A stretch of 32,000 nucleotides of DNA from Chondromyces crocatus (GTDB lineage Bacteria; Myxococcota_A; Polyangia; Polyangiales; Polyangiaceae), in assembly GCF_001189295.1 (NCBI RefSeq), contig NZ_CP012159.1:9969856-10001855 (forward strand), written 5' to 3'. The position numbers and the translations under genes are program-made. The notes under the pieces are model-generated. The model saw nothing but the letters and a program-made list of their open reading frames with translations. It was not told the origin of the DNA and ran no database searches. The stretch's first letter is position 1; the number at the start of each line of letters is the position of its first letter. Below are positions 17,301-25,561 of the stretch, piece by piece.

Positions 17301-17460
17301 CGATCGACAGCAGGATGAGGTCCGGACGCTCCGTGGAGGCAGCTTGCAGGCCGACGTTGCCATCGTCGACGACCTGAACGCTGCAACCGAGGCGTCCGAG
17401 CTCCGTGCGGAGCTCTCCCGCGAAGGCGGGATCGCTCTCAAAAACGAGGACCTTGGTCAT
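14377..17460 (-). CDS. FrzS/AglZ-family protein: atypical (pseudo)receiver domain, acidic and Pro-rich linker, ~700-aa coiled coil
   Basis: I place the start at ATG 17458-17460 (MTKVLVFESD). The receiver fold runs through 'YVRKP', but the phospho-acceptor position reads 'LILLSIELPRMNG' (Ser, codon 17305-17307). 'CNKLKKDPQLKDIP...FEQHRKLRTRADDYVRKP' resembles M. xanthus FrzS as I recall it. The Pro-rich PPPPPVSA region is at 16741-16920, followed by a long Glu/Arg/Leu/Ala-rich helix. Confidence 0.8.
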   Translation of the reverse strand: MTKVLVFESDPAFAGELRTELGRLGCSVQVVDDGNVGLQAASTERPDLILLSIELPRMNGFSVCNKLKKDPQLKDIPLLIMSSESSEETFEQHRKLRTRADDYVRKPIAFGELLEHIRALVPLGASEDEAEPIMIDEAEMLEADMLEPDEDDEEDSAEPTMITKLQFDEHGVASVASAPIAPKSSPTSAPVPPPPPVSAPPPPPVSAPPPVSAPPPPPVVAPPPPPVVASAPPPVSSAPSGSGPRSISGPPSGSDGRPPLRSMQGDELDEFIGGAFERIMTDEDERPSATPIGNAAPSAAPPAAGSSPGAPSVASSEPSGAPRPSVELVEIERLRGELDRSKADVVRLSKEVASSQASALRLEGELSRASEAGGESSRLRREVDELKARLAAGAAKPGATSSREFLDLREALNKKDKEILGLRDQMSRKEKELLDARDQSLALEREKADQVDRILELERAREELDALVGALRADKELAAKRADDFKARGEKLQGQLTARDGELSAARQAMVDAEQAHTQALRDAQEDQSKALAAAEEAARREVEAAVGTERQVAAVAREEASQAHRAELERLSAEHAGQIQQEKAAHGATVEALREEHAGDLAKLRGEHATAVEGLRGEHAGEIERLRGEHAGEIDGLRREHAGETERLRGEHTGEVERLRGEHAGEIDGLRREHAGETERLRGEHAAGLEALRSEHGAALDALRSEHATAFEGLRSESVAALDGLRREHAGEIEQLRSEQVLTVDTLRTEHANALEAQRQEHGATVARLEGEHAAALDRLRGEHAESVASRISEHQAELDELRAEHLAELDSLRAEHGRALQAERSAHAARERELGEERERATRALEDGHAAKLAEVEAQAADRLQQAEARAAQELADLRATSEAELGQREAAWASARETLEATLRSTSDELSVRTADLTQRTEERDRLQGALDERTLQLEHTRGQLERSEEQGRELREQLATRTEERTALQAQTEQQASELAIERRRLEKARIKWGDDRASLERARQALAAAMEQIQEAEARPIE
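14956..15783 (-). repeat. In-frame 33-bp (11-residue) tandem repeat, ~25 units (xxLRxEHaxxh), including a perfect 28-aa duplication offset by 33 aa (99 bp)
   Basis: In ORF-track numbering, the 11-residue periodic positions run from 580 to 844 (580, 591, 602 ... 844). 23 of these 25 positions are His; the exceptions are S734 and Q756. 'RLRGEHAGEIDGLRREHAGETERLRGEH' occurs at 641-668 and again at 674-701. Confidence 0.9.
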
Positions 17461-17622
17461 GTTTTGCAGGGCGCGCGGCGCAGGCTCACGGCGAGGAACG
17501 CTCAAGATATCGGCCTGGTTCCGCGAGTGTCAAACGAGACCGCCACCGAACGCGCCGCCACCAGACCGGAAACGAGGCACGACGCGACCCGACGTCGGCA
17601 GGCGCACCGCGTCGTGAGGGCA

Positions 17623-18753
17623 TCAGGGCGCGAAATGCCCGGGAAGTTCGTCTCCAAAACAAATCCCGAGGTCACGCGCAGTCACGATCGTGTCCGAGTC
17701 GAGCGGCACCGTCTTGATCCGGCCCGCGACTTCGTCCAGGGGCACGAGCACGAGCCGACCATCCCGCAGCGCCACCATGCCGCTCTTCCCTTCTCCTTCG
17801 AGGAACCGCACCGCAGCGGCACCGAACCGAAGCGCCAGCAACCTGTCGCTCGTCGAAGGCCCGCCCCCACGCTGGAGATGCCCCAGCACCATCGCCCGCG
17901 CTTCCTTCCCCGTACGCGCTGCGAGCTCCTGCGCGATGCGCTCTGCCACGCCACCCAGCACCGCGACCCCGCGAAACGCGTCACCTGCATCCTTGATCGT
18001 GATCTGGCCCCCTTGGGGCACGGCGCCCTCGGCCACGACGATGATCGAGAAGCTCCGCCCGCGCGCCTCGCGCTGCATGATCTTCTCGACGATGGGCTCG
18101 TAGCTGAACGGGATCTCCGGGAGGAGGATGACGTCTGCGGTCCCGGCCACACCGGCGTGCAGCGCGATCCAGCCGGCGTGCCGGCCCATCACCTCCACCA
18201 CCATGATCCGCTCGTGTGCCTCGGCGGTCGAGTGCAGCCGGTCGATCGACTCCGTCGCGATCCCCACGGCGGTGTCGAAGCCGAACGTCATGTCCGTGCT
18301 GACGACGTCGTTGTCGATCGTCTTCGGCACGCCGATGACCCGCGGCAGGCCACGCTCCAGGAGCTGGTGTGCAATGCGCATCGAGCCGTCGCCACCCGCC
18401 GCGATCAGCGCTTCGAAGCCCGCATCCCGGAAGCGCGCCACGAGCTCGTCGGCGCGGTCCACCGGCATCAGCGCCGGCTGCCCCTCCACCCGCGTCGGGT
18501 ACTTGAACGGATCTCCCCGGTTCGCCGTGCCGAGGATCGTCCCACCGAGGTAGGTGATCCCCCGGACGCGATCCCGATCCAGCCGGACCAGCCCACCTTC
18601 GGAGGGTTCCAGCAGACCGCGGTATCCATGTCGGATGCCCCAGGTCTCCCAGCCGCGCCCCTCCGACGCCAGCGTGGCGGCGCGGATCACGGCGTTGAGT
18701 CCCGGGGCATCACCCCCGCCAGTGTTGATCGCGATCTTCTTCGGCGTCGCCAT
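17623..18753 (-). CDS. pfkA: 6-phosphofructokinase, ATP-dependent type
   Basis: I place the start at ATG 18751-18753 (MATPKKIAINTGGGDAPGLN). 'GGDGS' (the Gly typical of ATP-PFK), 'PKTIDND' and 'MGRHAGW'. Confidence 0.9.
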   Translation of the reverse strand: MATPKKIAINTGGGDAPGLNAVIRAATLASEGRGWETWGIRHGYRGLLEPSEGGLVRLDRDRVRGITYLGGTILGTANRGDPFKYPTRVEGQPALMPVDRADELVARFRDAGFEALIAAGGDGSMRIAHQLLERGLPRVIGVPKTIDNDVVSTDMTFGFDTAVGIATESIDRLHSTAEAHERIMVVEVMGRHAGWIALHAGVAGTADVILLPEIPFSYEPIVEKIMQREARGRSFSIIVVAEGAVPQGGQITIKDAGDAFRGVAVLGGVAERIAQELAARTGKEARAMVLGHLQRGGGPSTSDRLLALRFGAAAVRFLEGEGKSGMVALRDGRLVLVPLDEVAGRIKTVPLDSDTIVTARDLGICFGDELPGHFAP

Positions 18754-18811
18754 GGGCCAGCGAGCATCGCGACGACAGCATCGTGATGCAAGTGGCAAGG
18801 CGCGAAGCGGT

Positions 18812-20335
<1,524 letters not shown>

Positions 20336-20631
20336 GGACTCTCCTGCTGTCGAGCGTGCACACGCGGTGAGGTCGGCGCTCCGACGCACCACCACGCGAG
20401 GACCAGAACTCCTCCTGGAGGAACAGCCATCACCTTGAAGAGATCAGGTCCCGGACATCCGAACCGTGACCCGGACGTCTCCATTCCCGGCCCAGCACGG
20501 CATCCGACCTCGAGCACGCCCCCCCTCCCCTTCGCCCACTTCTGACCAGGGAACCTGCTAGGTTCCCGCCCCGGAGCCGCCTTTCGGCCCCCGCGACGGC
20601 CTTCGCCGCCGCGCTTTCAGGAGACACGGCG

Positions 20632-21510
20632 ATGGCGGAGACGGCAGAGACGGCGGTGAGCGACGAGGCGCGGCTGCGAGGACGCAAGATCGGATTCCTG
20701 GGGGGCGGCAACATGGCCGAGGCCCTCATCCGCGGCCTCCTGCACTCTCACTCCGTTCAGCCCGACCAGCTCCAGGCGAGTGATCTCAAGGCCGAGCGCC
20801 TCGCCGAGCTGCACGCGCGCTACGGGATCGAGACCACCACCGACAACGAAGCCCTCGCTCGGTGGGCCGACGTGCTCGTCATCGCCGTCAAACCCCAGAT
20901 CGTCGACCGCATCCTCGCTCCCCTCGCGACCGGCCTCGCCCCCACCGACCTGGTCGTCTCCATCGCCGCCGGGGTCCCCATCGAGGCCCTGGAGGCTCGC
21001 CTTCCCGCCGGCACCCGCTTGCTGCGCGCCATGCCGAACACGGCCGCCATCGTCCTCGCGGGCGCCACCGCCGTCTCGGCGGGCACCCACGCCACCAGCG
21101 ACGACATCGAGGTCGGCCGCGCCATGTTCCACGCCGTCGGCCGCGCCGTCGTCCTCGACGAGTCCCTGCTCGACGCCGTCACCGGCCTCTCCGGCAGCGG
21201 CCCCGCGTACATCATGCTCATGATCGAAGCCCTGGCCGACGGCGGCGTGAAGGTCGGCCTCGGTCGCGACGCCGCCCTCATGCTCGCCGCCCAGACCGTC
21301 TACGGCGCCGCCAAGCTCCAGCTCGAAACCGGCGAACACCCCGGTCGCCTCAAGGACATGGTCACCAGCCCGGGCGGCACCGCCATCGCAGGGCTCCACA
21401 CCCTCGAATCCGGCGGCCTCCGGCGCACCCTCATCGACGCCGTCGAGGCCGCAGCGAACCGCTCCGCCGAGCTGGGGATCCAGATGTCCGCGAAGCTCCG
21501 CCGCACCTGA
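20632..21510 (+). CDS. proC: Pyrroline-5-carboxylate reductase
   Basis: 'KIGFLGGGNMAEALIRGL' Rossmann motif, 'AVKPQ', 'MPNTAA', 'GSGPAY' and 'VTSPGGTAI'. Confidence 0.9.
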   Translation: MAETAETAVSDEARLRGRKIGFLGGGNMAEALIRGLLHSHSVQPDQLQASDLKAERLAELHARYGIETTTDNEALARWADVLVIAVKPQIVDRILAPLATGLAPTDLVVSIAAGVPIEALEARLPAGTRLLRAMPNTAAIVLAGATAVSAGTHATSDDIEVGRAMFHAVGRAVVLDESLLDAVTGLSGSGPAYIMLMIEALADGGVKVGLGRDAALMLAAQTVYGAAKLQLETGEHPGRLKDMVTSPGGTAIAGLHTLESGGLRRTLIDAVEAAANRSAELGIQMSAKLRRT

Positions 21511-21591
21511 TCCCCTCGAAGGGCGGGCTCGTCCATGGGGGCGCTCGCCGCGTCGAGGCGATCAGAAAGCCCCCCCGCCCTCGCCCCCGAG

Positions 21592-21624
21592 GGACAAAAG
21601 CACAGAGCCCCGCAAGCGGGGCTC
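21592..21624 (-). terminator. Intrinsic terminator downstream of rnpB
   Basis: On the minus strand: stem gagccccg / cggggctc (21605-21624), loop cuug, then UGUGCUUUUGUCCC. Confidence 0.7.
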
Positions 21625-21628
21625 CATG

Positions 21629-22041
21629 GTCGCAGGAGACATAAGCCGAGTTCTGTTGCCCGGAGAGGTCTCCCTCCTCGGGCCGACGATCATTCCTCTA
21701 GGACGCGCGTCACCGCGCGCCTCCAGCAGCCAACCCGGAAGCGTCGGGGCGGGCCACCCCTGCCTCTCGGCCGGAGCCGAGAAGCGCTTCCCTACACGGC
21801 CTTGCTCCAGGTGGGGTTTACCGTGCCATCCCTGTTACCAGGGACGCGGTGGGCTCTTACCCCACCGTTTCACCCTTACCTCGTGATGGGTTTCCCCACG
21901 GCGAGGCGGTCTGTTCTCTGTGGCACTCTCCTCGAGATCACTCCCACCGGGCGTTACCCGGCACCCTGCCCTGCGGAGCTCGGACTTTCCTCCCGCGTCC
22001 GGGTTTCCCCGTCCGCCGGCGACCGCCTGTCCCGCTGCGAC
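21629..22041 (-). ncRNA. rnpB: RNase P RNA, bacterial type A
   Basis: The minus strand contains 'GAGGAAAGUCCGAGCUCC' (P4 5' strand, plus coordinates ~21976-21993) and 'ACAGAACUCGGCUUAU' (P4 3' strand, ~21641-21656). The P1 helix is GUCGCAG (22035-22041) paired with CUGCGAC (21629-21635). There is no credible ORF. The ends are approximate. Confidence 0.85.
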
Positions 22042-22364
22042 GGCGCCACTCTAACCGACCGTCCACACAACGACCAGTCGTTCTGCCTGCGCATCGCGCC
22101 CCCCCGCGCCTCGCTCACCGACGCTGCCTGCCGATGTCGATTCGATCATGAAGACGAGGCCATTCCGCCCGCCTCCCTTCCTTGATGATGAAAGCATCTC
22201 CGCAGGTGAAATGACGAATGTCGCAATGCTGAGCCATTGACCATCGCGTCACACCTCGACCCGACGGGAGGTCATTCGTCTGCCGTCGGAGAGGTCGCGC
22301 CTCTGGATCGGTAGCTCGGGTCGCACCGGCTATCCCACCATCTCCTCCCTATTTTCGCCCCGCA

Positions 22365-22378
22365 CAGGAACTTTCCTG
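22365..22378. promoter_or_regulatory. 14-bp dyad CAGGAA-ct-TTCCTG, about 100 bp upstream of the orphan ORF
   Basis: Read directly: 6-bp arms and a 2-nt centre, too tight for an RNA hairpin, so it is more likely a dimeric protein site. Function unknown. Confidence 0.35.
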
Positions 22379-22476
22379 GTTTTACCGTCAGTCAGTGCTT
22401 CAACTTTTCACGCCGACGTACGGACCCAGCCGGGTCGGGCGGCGGCGGAAACCACGAAACCAACCAGGAGATGACC

Positions 22477-23202
22477 ATGCAGTTACCGACGATGAAAACG
22501 CCGGTCTCCAGGTGCGACGAGCTTGCCGCGTACACCAGCCGGATGATGAGCAAGTTCACCCAGAACCTCGTCTTCGCCCAGCTCGTCACCCGCCTCGACG
22601 AGGCGAGCGCCGCCCTTCTCGCCAGCCAGGGCGCCTACGAGGACGCGAGGCGCGCGACCCTCCCCACCCGCGTCGACGTGAAGTACGCGGACATCACGGC
22701 CGATCGCTGCATCCGGCGCCTTCAGAAGAAGGCCGAGTACCGGGACACCAAGAGACGCGGGCCGACGGTCGCCAAGATCATGCCCAGGGGCAGCAACGCC
22801 ATCACCAAGCTGCGCGGCGAGTCGCAGGTGAAGGCGATGATCACCCTCGAAGCCGACGTCGGCGCGCTGGCGCCGAGCTGGCCCGAGGTCTCGACCCTCT
22901 TGCCGGAGCTGGTCCAGCATCGCCAGGCGTACCAGACCGCCATCAGAGGTCGGACCACTGCGCGCCAGGCGGTCCGCGCTCGGCGTGCCCTCCGCGACGC
23001 CGAGAAGCAGCGCTTCCTCGAGAGCTACGAGGTGGTCGCGAGGACGGTGCAGGCGCAGTACCCGCGCGATCGGGAGATGCAGGACCTCTTCTTCGACAAG
23101 GTGAACCGCCGCTCGGTCGCGCAGATCGCCGACTCCGACGAGGAGATCGACAGCGACGACGACGAGCAGACGGCCCCGCCCTCCCTGCCTGCGCCGCGCT
23201 GA
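22477..23202 (+). CDS. Hypothetical all-helical protein with an acidic C-terminal tail (no family recognised)
   Basis: High GC3 in this frame along the whole ORF. AGGAG lies 7 nt before the ATG at 22477; the ATG at 22471 is too close to the RBS. The tail is 'ADSDEEIDSDDDEQ'. Confidence 0.6.
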   Translation: MQLPTMKTPVSRCDELAAYTSRMMSKFTQNLVFAQLVTRLDEASAALLASQGAYEDARRATLPTRVDVKYADITADRCIRRLQKKAEYRDTKRRGPTVAKIMPRGSNAITKLRGESQVKAMITLEADVGALAPSWPEVSTLLPELVQHRQAYQTAIRGRTTARQAVRARRALRDAEKQRFLESYEVVARTVQAQYPRDREMQDLFFDKVNRRSVAQIADSDEEIDSDDDEQTAPPSLPAPR

Positions 23203-23270
23203 TCCGCTTCGTGCCGGGTGCTGCGAGCAGCGCTGACGTAGTCCAATTCACACAACGAATGCTGGGGAGG

Positions 23271-23562
23271 GTGTTCCTCCGAGGGAACGCACGCCCCTGA
23301 GTTTCGGGGGGCGTGTTTCCTCCGAGGGAACGCAGGCCCCGAAGTTTTGGGGGGCGTGTTTCCTCCGAGGGAACGCAGGCCCCGAAGTTTTGGGGAGCGT
23401 GTTTCCTCCGAGGGAACGCAGGCCCCGAAGTTTTGGGGAGCGTGTTTCCTCCGAGGGAACGCAGGCCCCGAAGTTTCGGGAAGGGTGTTCCTTCGAGGGA
23501 ACGCAGGCCCCGACGTGCTGGCGGGGCGAGTTCCTTCGAGGGAACGCAGGCCCCGAGGTCAG
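23271..23562. repeat. 43-bp tandem repeat x7, noncoding, with two dyad symmetries per unit
   Basis: Units start at 23271, 23313, 23356, 23399, 23442, 23485 and 23528. Units 3 and 4 are identical, and units 2 and 5 differ from them by 1 and 4 nt. A conserved core TTCCT(C/T)CGAGGGAACGCAGGCCCCGA is present in all seven. The unit length is not a multiple of 3. Confidence 0.95.
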
Positions 23563-23919
23563 GTGCGCATTGGCGAGACAAGGCGGAGGCGCATGTCGAC
23601 CTTCGGATGCGCCTTCGCGTGAGCGAGTCCCCTTTCGAGAGGCGGGCTCATCATTGCAGCGCATCGACCCGCGTCAGGAATTCCCCGTAGTTCATTGACA
23701 GGACATCCCGAAGAAACGGCCTCACTATAACCAGCCGTCCACACGGATATCAGCTCACTGCTTATCGATATCGACTTTCAGCTAACCAGCAATGAGGATT
23801 TGTCCATTCTGCTCGGACCCAATCATCAAGAAAACGCATCTGCGCAGGCAAAAATGCGAATGAGAGGGTTACGATCCGTCGACTGTTACGTATATACCCG
23901 TCCCGACAGGAGGTTATCC

Positions 23920-24453
23920 ATGCGTACGACTATTTGGCTTGCGGTGTGTGTTGCAGTGGGCTCGCTCGGCTTGGCCGCCGGTTGCGGTGGCGATGACGAC
24001 GGCGGCAGCGGCGGCAGCGGCGGCGGTACGACCACCACCACCACGACCACCACCACGACCACCACCACGGACACGAATACGGGCGGCGGCGGCCAGGGTG
24101 GCCAGGGTGGCGAGGGCGGCAGCGCGGCCGAGCAGTTCAGTGTCCGCCTCGCCGGCACGGATTTCGGCCCGCACAATGGTCAGACCATTTACCTGCGCGC
24201 CCAGTCGCAGGAGGACAGCATGGTCGTCGAGCTCGGCAATGCCGTGGTGGCGAATGACGAGTTCTCCATCGACGGGGATCTCGAAGGCGGGAAGTCCTAC
24301 ACGCTGCTCTACTTCGCCGACCAGAATGCGAACGGCGCCTGCGACGAGGCACCGACGGATCACGTCTGGCAGATCGACATCGGCGCGCTGACCGCCGACC
24401 ACGTCGAAGACGTCGTGCACAACACCAACTTCGCGGCTTGCATCAATCCCTGA
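23920..24453 (+). CDS. Lipoprotein with a Gly-rich and 15-residue poly-Thr linker and a ~100-aa two-Cys C-terminal domain of unknown function
   Basis: I place the start at ATG 23920 with AGGAGG 6 nt upstream. Signal plus lipobox 'LAVCVAVGSLGLAAGC'. Poly-Thr at ~24027-24075. The 23800 start lies in the low-GC spacer. Confidence 0.65.
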   Translation: MRTTIWLAVCVAVGSLGLAAGCGGDDDGGSGGSGGGTTTTTTTTTTTTTTDTNTGGGGQGGQGGEGGSAAEQFSVRLAGTDFGPHNGQTIYLRAQSQEDSMVVELGNAVVANDEFSIDGDLEGGKSYTLLYFADQNANGACDEAPTDHVWQIDIGALTADHVEDVVHNTNFAACINP

Positions 24454-24501
24454 TCGCGAGCCGAGAGCACGAATCCACACCGCCCTGGTGGTGAGGATCT
24501 G

Positions 24502-24549
24502 AAAACGACGAGGGCGTCAGCGACATGTGCGCTGCGCCCTCGTTTTTTT
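24502..24549. terminator. Bidirectional intrinsic terminator between the lipoprotein gene (+) and the RpoH-like sigma gene (-)
   Basis: A ~14-bp interrupted stem (24508-24522 with 24530-24543), loop acatgtg, a T7 run on the plus strand and an A4 run upstream (U4 on the minus strand). Confidence 0.8.
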
Positions 24550-24706
24550 GCGCTTTCGTCTCGTCTGGAGCGGGCGGCGAGCGACGCTCCTGGAGGCGGC
24601 GAGCGACATGGCTCCACGCCACCGCACCGAGCCTCTCCCGCGCGCCCCCCGGGGACCGCCTCGCCCCCCCCTGTCTCGCCCTCTCGGAGGCGAGCTCCAG
24701 GGAGCT

Positions 24707-25561
24707 TCAAGCCGCAAGGGGCTGCAACCGATCCCGCAGCTTCTTCTTCGCCCGCGCTTCGAGCTGCCGTGCGCGCTCGCGGGACACACCCAGCCTGCGC
24801 CCGATCTCCGCGAGGCTCAGCTCCTCCTCGGGGTCGGCCATCATGCGCGTCTCCACGATGTAGCGCTCGCGCGGGTCGAGGTTCTCCACGGCCTGGCTGA
24901 GCTGCTCGCGCATGAGCGCGTCCTCCTCGGCCCGCGAGAAGCGCTCTTCCTGGTCCTGTTCGTCGGCGGGCAAGGTGTCGACCAGCGAGCGGGCGCCGTC
25001 CTCGAACACCTTGGTGTCGAGCGAGACGTCACGGGATTCGAGGCGCCGGGCCATCTCGAGGACCTTCTCCGCGGGCGCGCCGAAGCGTTCGGCGAGCATG
25101 CGGTCTCCCTCTTCGCCCTCACCCACCAGGCCAGCAATGCGCGCCCGCTCGCGCCGGAGGCGGAAGAACATCTTCGAGCGCAATGGTCCCGAGCCCACCC
25201 CGACCAGGCTCCACGAATGGATGACGTGGTTGAGGATGTACGCTCGAATCCAGTAGGCTGCGTATGTCACGAATCGATTTCCGCGGTCCGGATCATACTT
25301 GCGGATCGCGTGCACGATACCGAAGTTTCCCTCGGCAATGAGGTCCGCCAGAGGGATCCCATAGCGACGGTAGCTGATCGCGATCGAGACGACGTGCCTC
25401 AGGTTGGCCAGCGCGAGGCGTGCGGCTGAGGCTTTGTCACCTTGGTCGCGCCAGCGCCGGGCCAGCTCGCCCTCCTCCTCCCGTGACAGCTCCGGGACAT
25501 GTCGGACCTGAGCGATGTACTTGGAAACGGCGTTGTGTTCTCGGTCTCGCGAGGTCTGCAC
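24707..25561 (-). CDS. RpoH-like (group 3, sigma-32 type) RNA polymerase sigma factor
   Basis: 'YIAQVRHVPELSREEE', 'NLRHVVSIA', 'DLIAEGNFGIVHAIRKYDPDRGNRFVTYAAYWIRAYI', the RpoH-box-like 'LRSKMFFRLRRER', and region 4.2 'LSLAEIGRRLGVSRERARQLEARAKKKL'. I prefer the GTG at 25561 (AAGGGA upstream); an upstream GTG at 25672 is the ORF-track start. Confidence 0.8.
   Translation of the reverse strand: MQTSRDREHNAVSKYIAQVRHVPELSREEEGELARRWRDQGDKASAARLALANLRHVVSIAISYRRYGIPLADLIAEGNFGIVHAIRKYDPDRGNRFVTYAAYWIRAYILNHVIHSWSLVGVGSGPLRSKMFFRLRRERARIAGLVGEGEEGDRMLAERFGAPAEKVLEMARRLESRDVSLDTKVFEDGARSLVDTLPADEQDQEERFSRAEEDALMREQLSQAVENLDPRERYIVETRMMADPEEELSLAEIGRRLGVSRERARQLEARAKKKLRDRLQPLAA

Noticed and set aside
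17496-17523. Sigma-54-like element / GGAAC..GTTCC inverted repeat upstream of the frzS/aglZ-like gene
   Set aside because: The minus strand reads aGGCCGatatcTTGAg with correct GG-to-TG spacing, but it mismatches at 4 consensus positions. That is too weak to call without TSS data.
23271-23562. CRISPR array interpretation of the 43-bp repeats
   Set aside because: There are no unique spacers. The whole 43-bp unit, including the ~17-nt variable part, is repeated nearly identically. No cas genes or leader-like organisation are present, and the period is too short for repeat plus spacer.
22943-23698. ORFs reading through the repeat array (22943..23581 -, 23248..23664 -, 23313..23690 +, 23347..23622 +, 23390..23698 +)
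   Set aside because: Several frames on both strands are open simultaneously only because a stop-free 43-bp unit is reiterated. The unit length is not a multiple of 3, so the peptide repeat changes frame, and there is no RBS or coding bias.
23695-23731. Sigma-70-like TTGACA ... TATAAC promoter
   Set aside because: The -35 hexamer is perfect, but the spacer to the best -10-like hexamer is 22-25 nt, outside the functional 16-19 nt range.
22100-24550. Classical genomic island or prophage remnant next to rnpB
   Set aside because: No integrase, transposase or phage genes are present, and I could find no flanking direct repeats. The orphan ORF has host-like GC3. I kept it only as an 'unassigned module' finding.
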